The translations under genes and the position numbers were made by a program. A stretch of 64,000 nucleotides of DNA, taken from Planctomycetota bacterium. Its GTDB lineage: Bacteria; Planctomycetota; SZUA-567; H5-PLA8. The stretch's first letter is position 1. Each line of letters begins with the position of its first letter. The notes beneath the pieces were generated by a model. The model did no database searches. It worked only from the letters and a program-made list of their open reading frames with translations, and was not told where the DNA came from. This document shows, piece after piece, positions 53,946 to 62,845 of this stretch. The stretch is from positions 15,598-79,597 of the forward strand of contig JBAXUS010000002.1 in assembly GCA_037129555.1 (NCBI GenBank), written 5' to 3'.

Positions 53946-55175
53946 ATGGAACCGAAACAAGAAGACACACTTCACGTCGCGGTTGTTTTTGAACGCCTCG
54001 GACCCTATCACCTGGCGCGCTTGGCTGCGCTGGCCAAGCGGGCTCGCGTCACCGCCATTGAAATCGTTCGTAAGGACAAGTTGTATCAATGGGACGTGGT
54101 TGATTCGCCCTGCGGTTTTAAGCGCGTGACGTTGTTTAACGACGAAGCCTATAGTTCCGCGGATTTGGTCAAGCGGTTGTGCGAGGAATTGGACGGCCTG
54201 CGTCCTGACGCGGTGGCCATCCCGAGTTGGGGACGCCCGGCCTCCTGGACCACATTTCGCTGGGCGCTGCAATCGCGCACCGCAACGGTGCTCATGACAG
54301 AGTCCCAATTCAGGGATGCGCCGCGCGTGGCGTGGAAGGAATATATCAAGCGGCAGATGGTCGCATACTGTGGCGCGGGCTTGGTGGGAGGCCAGCGGCA
54401 GATTGACTATATGGTCCGGCTTGGCATGGAAAAGTCCCGGGTATTTACCGGCTACGACGTGGTCGAAAACGATTATTTCTCCGCTGGAGCCGATCAGGCG
54501 AGAGTTCATGCAAAGCGCTTGCGCGAAGAACTCAAGTTGCCGGAAAAGTACTTTCTCACGTCCAGTCGTTTTGTTCCAAAGAAGAACATCGTGGGGCTTT
54601 TGACCAGCTATTCGATGTATCGAAAAAATGGCGCTCCAGGCGATTGGAAGTTGGTTGTCCTGGGCGACGGACCGACGCGCCCGGAAGTCGAGCGCTGCAT
54701 TTCCGATCAGAATCTCGAAGGACATGTCTTGCTTCCGGGATTCAAGCAATATGCGGATTTGCCTGTTTATTATGGATTGGGTGGCGCGTTCGTGCTGGCC
54801 AGTTCCACCGAGCAATGGGGACTGGTTGTGAACGAAGCGATGGCGGCGGGATTGCCTGTTTTGATCTCTGAAGCCTGTGGCTGCGCTCCGGATTTGGTGA
54901 AAGACGGTGTCAATGGTTTTGTTTTTGATTATCGCAATCCAAACGCGTTGGCGGAGTACATGCGAAAGCTTGCATCCGGGGAATGCGATTTGAGCGCAAT
55001 GGCCAATGCGTCGCGCACCATTGTAGCCGATTATACCCCGGAATCCTATGCGGAAGGTTTCATGCGTGCGGCGCGAACAGCCCGAGGCAATATTCCGGCA
55101 AGCACGATCGGTCAATTTGTTGCCGGTAAAGTAGCAGGGATGATGATCAAGATGGCGCAAAAAGAAGGCGAGTAG
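53946..55175 (+). CDS. Glycosyltransferase family 4 (GT-B, E-x7-E motif)
   Basis: …GLVVNEAMAAGLPVLISEACGCAPDLVKDGVNGFVF…. Confidence 0.85.
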   Translation: MEPKQEDTLHVAVVFERLGPYHLARLAALAKRARVTAIEIVRKDKLYQWDVVDSPCGFKRVTLFNDEAYSSADLVKRLCEELDGLRPDAVAIPSWGRPASWTTFRWALQSRTATVLMTESQFRDAPRVAWKEYIKRQMVAYCGAGLVGGQRQIDYMVRLGMEKSRVFTGYDVVENDYFSAGADQARVHAKRLREELKLPEKYFLTSSRFVPKKNIVGLLTSYSMYRKNGAPGDWKLVVLGDGPTRPEVERCISDQNLEGHVLLPGFKQYADLPVYYGLGGAFVLASSTEQWGLVVNEAMAAGLPVLISEACGCAPDLVKDGVNGFVFDYRNPNALAEYMRKLASGECDLSAMANASRTIVADYTPESYAEGFMRAARTARGNIPASTIGQFVAGKVAGMMIKMAQKEGE

Positions 55176-55221
55176 AACTGCGGACACATTCGTGTGGGTT
55201 GTATTCGGAGTATGATAATCC

Positions 55222-56397
55222 ATGAAAGCTATGTTTGTGGTACCGTGGCCATCGCGTTCGGGCGGCGGAGTATTCGACGCGGTTCGGAATCTTGCGATTC
55301 AATTGAATCGGAATCAGAATGTGGACATGGAGATTCTGTCCCTGGAGGATGAGTTCTTCAGCCGCGACGCATCACTTTGGAATCCGCTGAAACCTAAAGT
55401 TCTTCCGGTAACCTGGCCGAAGAAACTCGGCTACGCACCGACTATGCTGACGGAGATGCTTTCCGCGAAACCGGATGTAATACATTGTCATGGACTCTGG
55501 TTGTACCAATCGCTGGCGTGTCTGCGCTGGCACGAACGCGAACGCAAACCGTATCTGATTTCTCCGCATGGAATGCTCGATCCCGGCGATTTGATCAAAT
55601 CGGTTTGGAAAAAGCGGTTGGTCCAAATTTTATACCAGGGTAGCCATCTGAATCGTACAGCATGTGTTCACGCGTTATGTGAATCGGAAGCGACAGCAAT
55701 TCGCAATTATGGTGTGAAAAGCAAGATTTGCATCGTACCCAATGGAGTCGATTTGCCCACACAATTGGCTTTAGAAACGACTCCGCCATCCCGGCTCGAA
55801 AGCGGTCAGAAGGTGTTGTTGTATCTCGGACGCATTACTCCGAAGAAGGGGTTGTCCACGCTGCTCGATGCGTGGGCGATGTTGAAAAAGCAAGGGCGTC
55901 CGGAAGCGCGCGATTGGCGACTGGATATTGCCGGATGGGAGCAATACGGTCACGAGGCTGAATTGAAGGCGAAGGCAAAAGCGCTTGACGTTAAGGATAC
56001 CGTGCGCTTTCTCGGTCCGCGGCACGGAATGGAAAAGGAAGCCACCTATCGATCTGCCGATGCCTATATTCTTCCGTCGTTGAGTGAAGGCCTCCCGCTC
56101 GTTGTTCTGGAGGCGTGGTCGTATTCGCTGCCGGTTGTGATGACGCCGCAGTGTAATTTGCCGGAAGGCTTCAAATCCGAGGCGGCCATTTGCGCCGAGC
56201 CTTCGACATCGAGTCTGTGCGAGGGGCTTAACCAATTAATTTCGATGTCCGACTCGGAACGATCGCGGATGGGCGCGCTGGGCAGAAAGCTTGTTGAGGA
56301 ACGATTTACCTGGGAAAGCGTTGCGAAAAAAATGCACTCGGTCTATAAGTGGGCCATTGGCGGAGGGGATACACCCGAATGCGTGATGAACGATTAG
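55222..56397 (+). CDS. Glycosyltransferase family 4
   Basis: …PLVVLEAWSYSLPVVMTPQCNLPEGF… with a typical GT-B N-domain. Confidence 0.85.
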   Translation: MKAMFVVPWPSRSGGGVFDAVRNLAIQLNRNQNVDMEILSLEDEFFSRDASLWNPLKPKVLPVTWPKKLGYAPTMLTEMLSAKPDVIHCHGLWLYQSLACLRWHERERKPYLISPHGMLDPGDLIKSVWKKRLVQILYQGSHLNRTACVHALCESEATAIRNYGVKSKICIVPNGVDLPTQLALETTPPSRLESGQKVLLYLGRITPKKGLSTLLDAWAMLKKQGRPEARDWRLDIAGWEQYGHEAELKAKAKALDVKDTVRFLGPRHGMEKEATYRSADAYILPSLSEGLPLVVLEAWSYSLPVVMTPQCNLPEGFKSEAAICAEPSTSSLCEGLNQLISMSDSERSRMGALGRKLVEERFTWESVAKKMHSVYKWAIGGGDTPECVMND

Positions 56398-56984
56398 ACT
56401 CATCCGAGACCGAGGCGCGCACGCAGAATCTTTCCGCATTCCGCTTGCCGGGTAATTTTCGTGGACGCAAGGGCTGGTACGTGCAGCTTTGGTGGCTCGT
56501 CCAGAGCACCCTATTCCAATGTTCGCCGCAATTCCTATATGGATGGCGGAATTTCTTATTGCGATTGTTTGGTGCCAAAGTGGGTCGGCGTGTGATTATT
56601 CGGCCCAGCGCCACGATTACTTATCCTTGGAAAGTCACGATTGGCGATTATTCCTGGATTGGCGATGACGTCGTCCTGTATTCACTCGGCGAGATTGACA
56701 TAGGTGCCAACGTCGTGGTCTCCCAACGTTCGTATATTTGCGCGGCGAGTCACGATTATGAAGCCGTGGCGTTCGATATTTTTACGAAACGCGTGACGAT
56801 CGAAAACGAGGCGTGGGTGGCTTCGGACGTCTTTGTCGGCCCCGGTGTAACGATTGGGCATGGAGCCGTGGTCGGGGCGCGCAGCAGCGTTTTTCGCAGT
56901 CTGCCTGCCATGAAAGTCTGTGTCGGAAATCCAGCTAAATCAGTTCGAGATCGTTTAAAGTGCGCAACCTCTGAAAATCCATGA
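56379..56984 (+). CDS. Hexapeptide-repeat sugar O-acetyltransferase (WcaF/NodL-like)
   Basis: Left-handed beta-helix repeats (…IGDDVVLYSLGEIDIGANVVVSQRSYIC…IGHGAVVGARSSV…). Start ATG at 56379 overlaps the upstream stop. Confidence 0.75.
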   Translation: MRDERLDSSETEARTQNLSAFRLPGNFRGRKGWYVQLWWLVQSTLFQCSPQFLYGWRNFLLRLFGAKVGRRVIIRPSATITYPWKVTIGDYSWIGDDVVLYSLGEIDIGANVVVSQRSYICAASHDYEAVAFDIFTKRVTIENEAWVASDVFVGPGVTIGHGAVVGARSSVFRSLPAMKVCVGNPAKSVRDRLKCATSENP

Positions 56985-56988
56985 ACGG

Positions 56989-58185
56989 ATGGATCGCATG
57001 CATATTCTGATACACGATTTTGGCGGGTATCCCTTCTCCGCGCAACTCGCCCGGAATCTGGCCCTTAAAAACGGTCATCGCGTGGCCTATGTATGCGCCC
57101 AAGATTCTTTTGCCGCGTGTACGACGGAAGCGCCGCAGAATATTCCGGGATTCTCAATGCATATCATTTCGCAGAAGATTGAGAAGGGGACATCCTTGCG
57201 CCGCCCGTTCAGCGAAGCAGCATTTGGCCGGCAGGTCTCTGCGAAAATTACCGAGCTCAAACCGGAGATTGTCGTTTCAGCCAATGCACCCCTTGAAACA
57301 CAAAACGTCATCCTGAATTGCTGCCGTTCGCGTTCCATCCGTTTTGTCTATTGGCTTCAAGACCTCCATGGCCCAGCCATCACGTCGATCTTGAAAGCAA
57401 AGCTTGGTATCGCCGGTTCGCTGATTGGCTGGCATTATGCGCGCATGGAAAAGCGCATGTTGCGGGATTCCAATGCCATGATAGTTATCGCCGACAACTT
57501 TTGTCCCTACCTGGATGCGTGCGGAGTGGACCGCAGCAAAATCAGCATCTTGCGCAACTGGGCGCCGCTCGAAGAGACGCCACGATTCGAAAAAAACAAC
57601 GCGTGGGCGATTCAGCACGGCCTCGACAAAAAGAGAGTGTTGATGTATGCGGGAACTCTGGGATATAAGCATAATACGTCGCTTTTCATCGGACTGGCAA
57701 GCGCTTTTCGCAACGATAACGACATCGTTGTCGCGATTGTTTCGTCGGGAAAAAAGGCCGATGAACTTAAAGCTGCTGCGGAAGCCAATGGGCTGAAAAA
57801 CATGCTAGTCTTGCCAAGGCAGCCCTATGAGCAATTGCCTTGCGTGCTGGCCAGTGCGGACGTGTTGCTTTCGGTTCTGGAACCGGATGCATCGGTCTAT
57901 TCGGTGCCATCGAAAGTGCTCACGTATTTGTGCGCGGGGCGGGCCTTGTTGTTGATGATGCCCATAGACAATCTTTCCGCGCGAATCGTCCGCGAATGCG
58001 CAGCCGGCGTCGTCCTGGAACCGGGAAAGGAGGACGCACTCGTTGCCGCAGCGCGGCAGCTCTTTAATGACAGAGACACCGCCAGACAGTGCGCTGATAA
58101 CGGTCGAAAATACGCCGAAACCCATTTCGACATCACGACTATTTCCGGCCAATTTGAAAAAATCTTGTTGGAGTGCAAGTCCTGA
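56989..58185 (+). CDS. Glycosyltransferase family 4 (WcaI-like)
   Basis: GT-B fold with the C-terminal nucleotide-sugar-binding region (…RALLLMMPIDNLSARIVRECAAGVVLEPG…). Confidence 0.8.
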   Translation: MDRMHILIHDFGGYPFSAQLARNLALKNGHRVAYVCAQDSFAACTTEAPQNIPGFSMHIISQKIEKGTSLRRPFSEAAFGRQVSAKITELKPEIVVSANAPLETQNVILNCCRSRSIRFVYWLQDLHGPAITSILKAKLGIAGSLIGWHYARMEKRMLRDSNAMIVIADNFCPYLDACGVDRSKISILRNWAPLEETPRFEKNNAWAIQHGLDKKRVLMYAGTLGYKHNTSLFIGLASAFRNDNDIVVAIVSSGKKADELKAAAEANGLKNMLVLPRQPYEQLPCVLASADVLLSVLEPDASVYSVPSKVLTYLCAGRALLLMMPIDNLSARIVRECAAGVVLEPGKEDALVAAARQLFNDRDTARQCADNGRKYAETHFDITTISGQFEKILLECKS

Positions 58186-58305
58186 ACGTTTTTTCGTTTG
58201 CGCGAAAAAGGCGGATTGACTATGATAACGCTCGTAATTAAGTCCATATTTTAATTCGGGTGGCGAGTTCACATCCGCGTCTAGCGAGCCAATGGGTCAC
58301 CTAAA

Positions 58306-59859
58306 ATGCCCACACATATTTTGCCCGAATCGGTTCCAGCGGCGAGAATTGCCGCAATTGACCAGAACTATCTGCTACTCAAGGAAATGGGACCCAAATC
58401 GTCTTTACACGGTTGGTTGCCCGTTATTCTGCCTTTTATCTCGGACCTCCTGATGTTGTGCCTGGCGTCGATCACCAGTTTTTATATCAAAAGGATTACG
58501 AACCCGACTTTGGACGCGGAGCTTTATATCCAGCTGTGGCCGACGCTGGTGCCGTTTCACGCCGCCTACCTCGCTGCGCGCTTGTATCCCGTCGTCGCGA
58601 TGAATGCCGTGGATGAATTGCGCCGGCTCACGTGGTGTACCACGCTTGTCTTTATGGCTTTGGCCGCCACCAATTTGATTTTTAAACACGGATTGATTTA
58701 TTCGAGACAGGTATTTTTCGTCGCGTGGATCATCGCACTGGTGAACATGCCGGTGGGCCGAGCCCTAGTGCGCGCGGTTTTCGCGCGATTTCATTGGTGG
58801 GGCCAGTCCGCCTTCGTTTTGGGGGCGGGTGTTGCGGGTGAAATGGTTGTAAGCCATCTGCTCCGCCAACCTTCATTGGGATTGAGGCCAGTTGCTGTAT
58901 TCGATGACGATCCAGCAAAGCGCGGCGAACTCTGTGGCGTTCCGGTGATCGGGGACGTGACGCTCGCGCCGAAATTGGCCAAGGAAATCGGCGTGACGTA
59001 TTGCATCATGGCCTTTCCGGGTGTCTCTGCCGCGCGGCAACTTGAATTGCTCGAGATATGCCATCAGTCCTTCAAACATTGCATCGTCATTCCGCATTTG
59101 TTCGACTTCGCGACGTTGCGTGTGCCCAGCAAGGATTTGGGCAGCATTTTGGGATTGGATGTTCAACAACCCCTGCTCATGCCCATCCCTCGATTTTTAA
59201 AGCGAGCCGGGGATATTGTTTTTACCGTCATTGGAGGCACACTGATACTTCCACTGATCGCTCTTTGCGTGCTTCTGGTTAAGCTGGGTTCGCCCGGCCC
59301 AGTGTTCTTCGGACACAAACGAATTGGCCGCAATGGCCGCCATTTCTATGCCTGGAAGTTCCGCTCCATGTACAAGGATTCAAAAGAACGCTTCAAGGAC
59401 TTCGTCGAATATGGCAACAATACGATGGGCTACCATTGGAACGATCTTGCATTCTGGAACCAATGTCTGAAGAACGCCGAGACGGCACGCGTCGAATGGG
59501 ACAACAGTCAAAAGTTCAGGAAGGATCCCCGTGTCACCACCATCGGTCGATTCTTGCGAAGGACCAGTTTGGACGAGTTGCCGCAGCTTTGGAACGTCTT
59601 GGTGGGCGAGATGAGCCTCGTTGGCCCCCGTCCAATTGTTGACGAAGAAGTTAAAAAGTACGAGAACAACTTTCCACTGTATTTAAAGGTCACGCCGGGT
59701 ATCACGGGGCTTTGGCAGGTCTCTGGCCGCACGGATACGACTTACAAGGAACGTGTGCAGCTCGACTCGTTTTACGTCAGGAATTGGTCGCTGTGGCTGG
59801 ACATCCATATTCTTGCGCGCACAGTGCGTGTCGTCTTGTTTGGCAGTGGAGCGTATTGA
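58306..59859 (+). CDS. Undecaprenyl-phosphate hexose-1-phosphate transferase (priming glycosyltransferase, WbaP/WcaJ/EpsL type)
   Basis: Four or five N-terminal TM segments, a central cytoplasmic domain, and the C-terminal bacterial sugar transferase domain (…[32 protein letters not shown]…[21 protein letters not shown]…). Confidence 0.85.
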   Translation: MPTHILPESVPAARIAAIDQNYLLLKEMGPKSSLHGWLPVILPFISDLLMLCLASITSFYIKRITNPTLDAELYIQLWPTLVPFHAAYLAARLYPVVAMNAVDELRRLTWCTTLVFMALAATNLIFKHGLIYSRQVFFVAWIIALVNMPVGRALVRAVFARFHWWGQSAFVLGAGVAGEMVVSHLLRQPSLGLRPVAVFDDDPAKRGELCGVPVIGDVTLAPKLAKEIGVTYCIMAFPGVSAARQLELLEICHQSFKHCIVIPHLFDFATLRVPSKDLGSILGLDVQQPLLMPIPRFLKRAGDIVFTVIGGTLILPLIALCVLLVKLGSPGPVFFGHKRIGRNGRHFYAWKFRSMYKDSKERFKDFVEYGNNTMGYHWNDLAFWNQCLKNAETARVEWDNSQKFRKDPRVTTIGRFLRRTSLDELPQLWNVLVGEMSLVGPRPIVDEEVKKYENNFPLYLKVTPGITGLWQVSGRTDTTYKERVQLDSFYVRNWSLWLDIHILARTVRVVLFGSGAY

Positions 59860-59927
59860 CACGAATGGGAGATGACTGGTTATTTGATAAAACGCAAGGA
59901 AATGTGCTGTCGGGTGATTCCATTTTA

Positions 59928-60755
59928 TTAAACAGAGTGTTGCTTTGTTACGGAGGAGCTTGCCGGTAGAATACCAAATTCCGACCGGATGCTTTGCGTC
60001 AATGGCCTCATATTAATGACAATCTTTAGCAAATTATAAATAGAGTACCGGTATTCCCTGGATTTTTCGGTGGCATAAAAGCTGGAGCTGTGCAGTACAT
60101 ACACCACCGCGTAAAAAGCAAGCGGTAAAAGAGGGGTGCCTGCTTCCCTCAAAGTTCTCACAATACTCTGATGAGCGATAAAAAATTTGTAATAGTCAAA
60201 GCCTTCGTTATACAGGGGGGGCTTCGCTGGTATAATGTTATTTTTCATGATGAACCCGGTGCCACATTGCATGTGGAAGTTCGTGCGTTTCAAATAAATC
60301 CAACTGCCAAATTCACGATACCGATAGCCCTTTTCGACATACCACCCGGCACAATCAGGATTGGCGCTGCAATGCGCGGCAAGCCTGTTGCTCACAAAGT
60401 CATCCGCGTCAACAAACATGATGTGAGTAGGGTTGAACTGTTGGGCAAAATAATACCCATAGAGCATTTTGCGACCCTTGTCAGTTCGTCGATGGATGAA
60501 ATCCCTTTCAGTCGTTATGCCAACTGTGAGGTCCTTTTCTTTAATGCAGGAAACCAAATCAAAATCGACCTCCGCGTAGTGGATTTTAGAATGCGAAAAC
60601 CCGATCTCTGGCCGTTCGTGACAAACCACAACGACTTCATAGTCATCCGTTCCTTGGTTGCAAATGGACCTTAACGTTTGTTCGAGCTTGTTGGAGACAA
60701 CGTGAAAATCTTTCGCCACCTGCTTACTCATCAATGGAATAATAAATAGTAACAT
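59928..60755 (-). CDS. Glycosyltransferase family 2 in a low-GC segment, opposite orientation to the EPS operon
   Basis: GT-A motifs (…YEVVVVCHE…MFVDADDFV…). The surrounding 59.9-60.9 kb is visibly AT-rich compared with the rest of the window. Confidence 0.7.
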   Translation of the reverse strand: MLLFIIPLMSKQVAKDFHVVSNKLEQTLRSICNQGTDDYEVVVVCHERPEIGFSHSKIHYAEVDFDLVSCIKEKDLTVGITTERDFIHRRTDKGRKMLYGYYFAQQFNPTHIMFVDADDFVSNRLAAHCSANPDCAGWYVEKGYRYREFGSWIYLKRTNFHMQCGTGFIMKNNIIPAKPPLYNEGFDYYKFFIAHQSIVRTLREAGTPLLPLAFYAVVYVLHSSSFYATEKSREYRYSIYNLLKIVINMRPLTQSIRSEFGILPASSSVTKQHSV

Positions 60756-61152
60756 TTGGATTTCCTTGTCTGATATTCAGATGGTAATACGAACGATGAA
60801 CTATTCTCCACGCCATTTCACAAAGTCAAGGCCTATTCATGCGACTGGGTTTAACCTATTGAGCGTGGACAGTTATTATTTTCGAATCATCCGGTTCTTG
60901 CATACTTCACCTTGTGCATTAATGTCTCGGTTGAGTTTTTAAGGCATGCGCAGAACGAGACTCGAACATTGACAGAACCATCGAGTTTCGATAAAGAATA
61001 CAAACCCGGCGAAACGGAGGCAGGCTCTGCTGGAGAGCAACCTGCCGAGGGATAACCGGTGCAGAGAGGGCAGAGGCGGAGGAGTGCCTGGCTGTAAAGG
61101 TCCTCCGCCTCTTATTCAATCTCGCTCTCCTCTGTATAAAGACGCTCCCGAC

Positions 61153-61707
61153 ATGGCCAAAGGCATGGACGAGATCGCGGCAAAATATCCGCTGAAAAAA
61201 GCCGCCGGCGCGCCGGCGTTGCCGATTTCTCTGAACGCGAAAGTGGGACTTGCCACAGCGGCAAGCGAGGATCAGCCGTTAATCGTGATTCTTGCGGAGA
61301 ACTCCAAACGCCAGGAAGAATTGGCGGCGAAAGTTGCGGCATTGGCGTGGAATTAAGAATTCGAAGGGCACTTCGTGTATGCCACGGCGGCGACGGCAAA
61401 CGATCTGCCGAAAGTAAAAGGCATCGCGATTAAAGAAGGTGTCGTCGTGATCGAACCGAATGAATTTGGGCTGGAAGGCAAGGCGGTCAAAGAAGTGCCG
61501 GCCGATCAGGTCGCGGCGAAATGCGCGGACGGGATGCGGGAATCGATGAAGAGTTACGTGGCGATTGCGAAGACGCGCCGCGGGCTGCATTTCGACGGCT
61601 TGAAAGCGGGCATCTTTTACGTCCCCAATCTGCCCGTCACCGCACACGGCGAAGCTTCGGACCGTGAGCGGTACAAGGCTCAGTTGGAGAGTCAGAAGAA
61701 GAATTGA
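61153..61707 (+). pseudogene. Hypothetical ORF interrupted by a single in-frame TAA (61357-61359)
   Basis: The tracks 61084..61356 and 61375..61707 are in the same frame and separated only by one TAA. The second track begins at GTG. Alternatively these are two small genes. Confidence 0.25.
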
Positions 61708-61825
61708 TCCGCGGGTGGCCCAGCCCATGCATTCCAAAAGCGGCTTTTGCGAGCGCAACGCCAACGCCCTTCAGCTGTGTTCGGCGATTCATCAGAGAGT
61801 GGTTTGGCAGGGCTGGCGGGCACTT

Positions 61826-62718
61826 TCAAGACAGCGCACTAGGAAACAGTTCACGTAATCGGGCACACTCTTTGGGCACAAGTTCTACATACTCAAATGG
61901 ATCGCGCCCTATTATGTCATGCCCCGTAGCCCGCAACGCTCGATACAGACAGATGCGTGCGTAAATCAACTGGTTTACATTGAACTTTCGCTGCTCTTCG
62001 CTATCAATGAGCGACTGCGGATCGAATTCATCCCAAAGGTATTCGTTACCCGGCGTCCATTGCAACCGTACCTGCTCAAGGACCTCCTTTAAAGACTCGC
62101 CGCTCGCATGACGGGTTCCGAGCTCGATGTTGCCCGTTGAATAGGCGTATCGTCGCTTCCCATAAACAGGTGTGCGCTTTCTAAAAATATCAAATACCCA
62201 CATTTAGCACATCTCCGCCGTCCCCCCGCTACACCCCCACCAGCACGTTCGTCACCAAGCTCCAATGCGTTGACATCCCTTTGCGGCACAATACTCGTAG
62301 CCGGATCGCACCATTCTCCGATCCCGCCGGTGCCGATGCCTCGGACGCGCAACCAGATCCTCGCGCCGGGCGTGAAACCCGTCAAGGCGGTTTTGGATTT
62401 CGTGGTGGACGGCTGATGCAACCATGTGTCGCCATCGGATCGTTGTTGAGCGGGTTGAGTTGGGTTTCGATTTCGTAGGTTTTCGCGCCTTGCTTGTAGA
62501 GACTGTCCCAATGCGCGTCCACTTCGCCCGACGCGTCGACGACGCTCAACAGTAGATTCGTCACGCACGGGGTCGGGTCCATCGGCGGAATGGCGCAATT
62601 CGTAAGCACAGGTGGAAACACGAACGCGATGTGATAAAAGGTCACGGCTCAATGTGTGTTGCCACGCCACGCCGATTACGTCGTGATTCCAGTCGCAGCA
62701 GGGCGAGAAATCGCTCAC
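61826..62718 (-). pseudogene. Fibronectin-III-like domain gene apparently split by a frameshift
   Basis: Two minus-strand frames each encode FN3-like segments (…VDASGEVDAHWDSLYKQGAKTYEIETQ… and …GFTPGARIWLRVRGIGTGGIGEWCDPAT…). A third small ORF follows at 61826..62203. Confidence 0.25.
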
Positions 62719-62845
62719 AAAAATCCTGTACCGGTGTTGGGCGCGCAGTACGTGGACGATGTGAAGCTCACGCTTAAAATGATGCCGGTTTTACCTGTGC
62801 GTGTTTCGCCAAAGCAGGGTTCGTTTTAAAAGGAGACTTTTCGAT

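Noticed and set aside
53652-55223. 523-aa minus-strand ORF antisense to the wzy-like and GT4 genes
   Set aside because: Spans two well-supported plus-strand genes and has a composition typical of a high-GC antisense frame.
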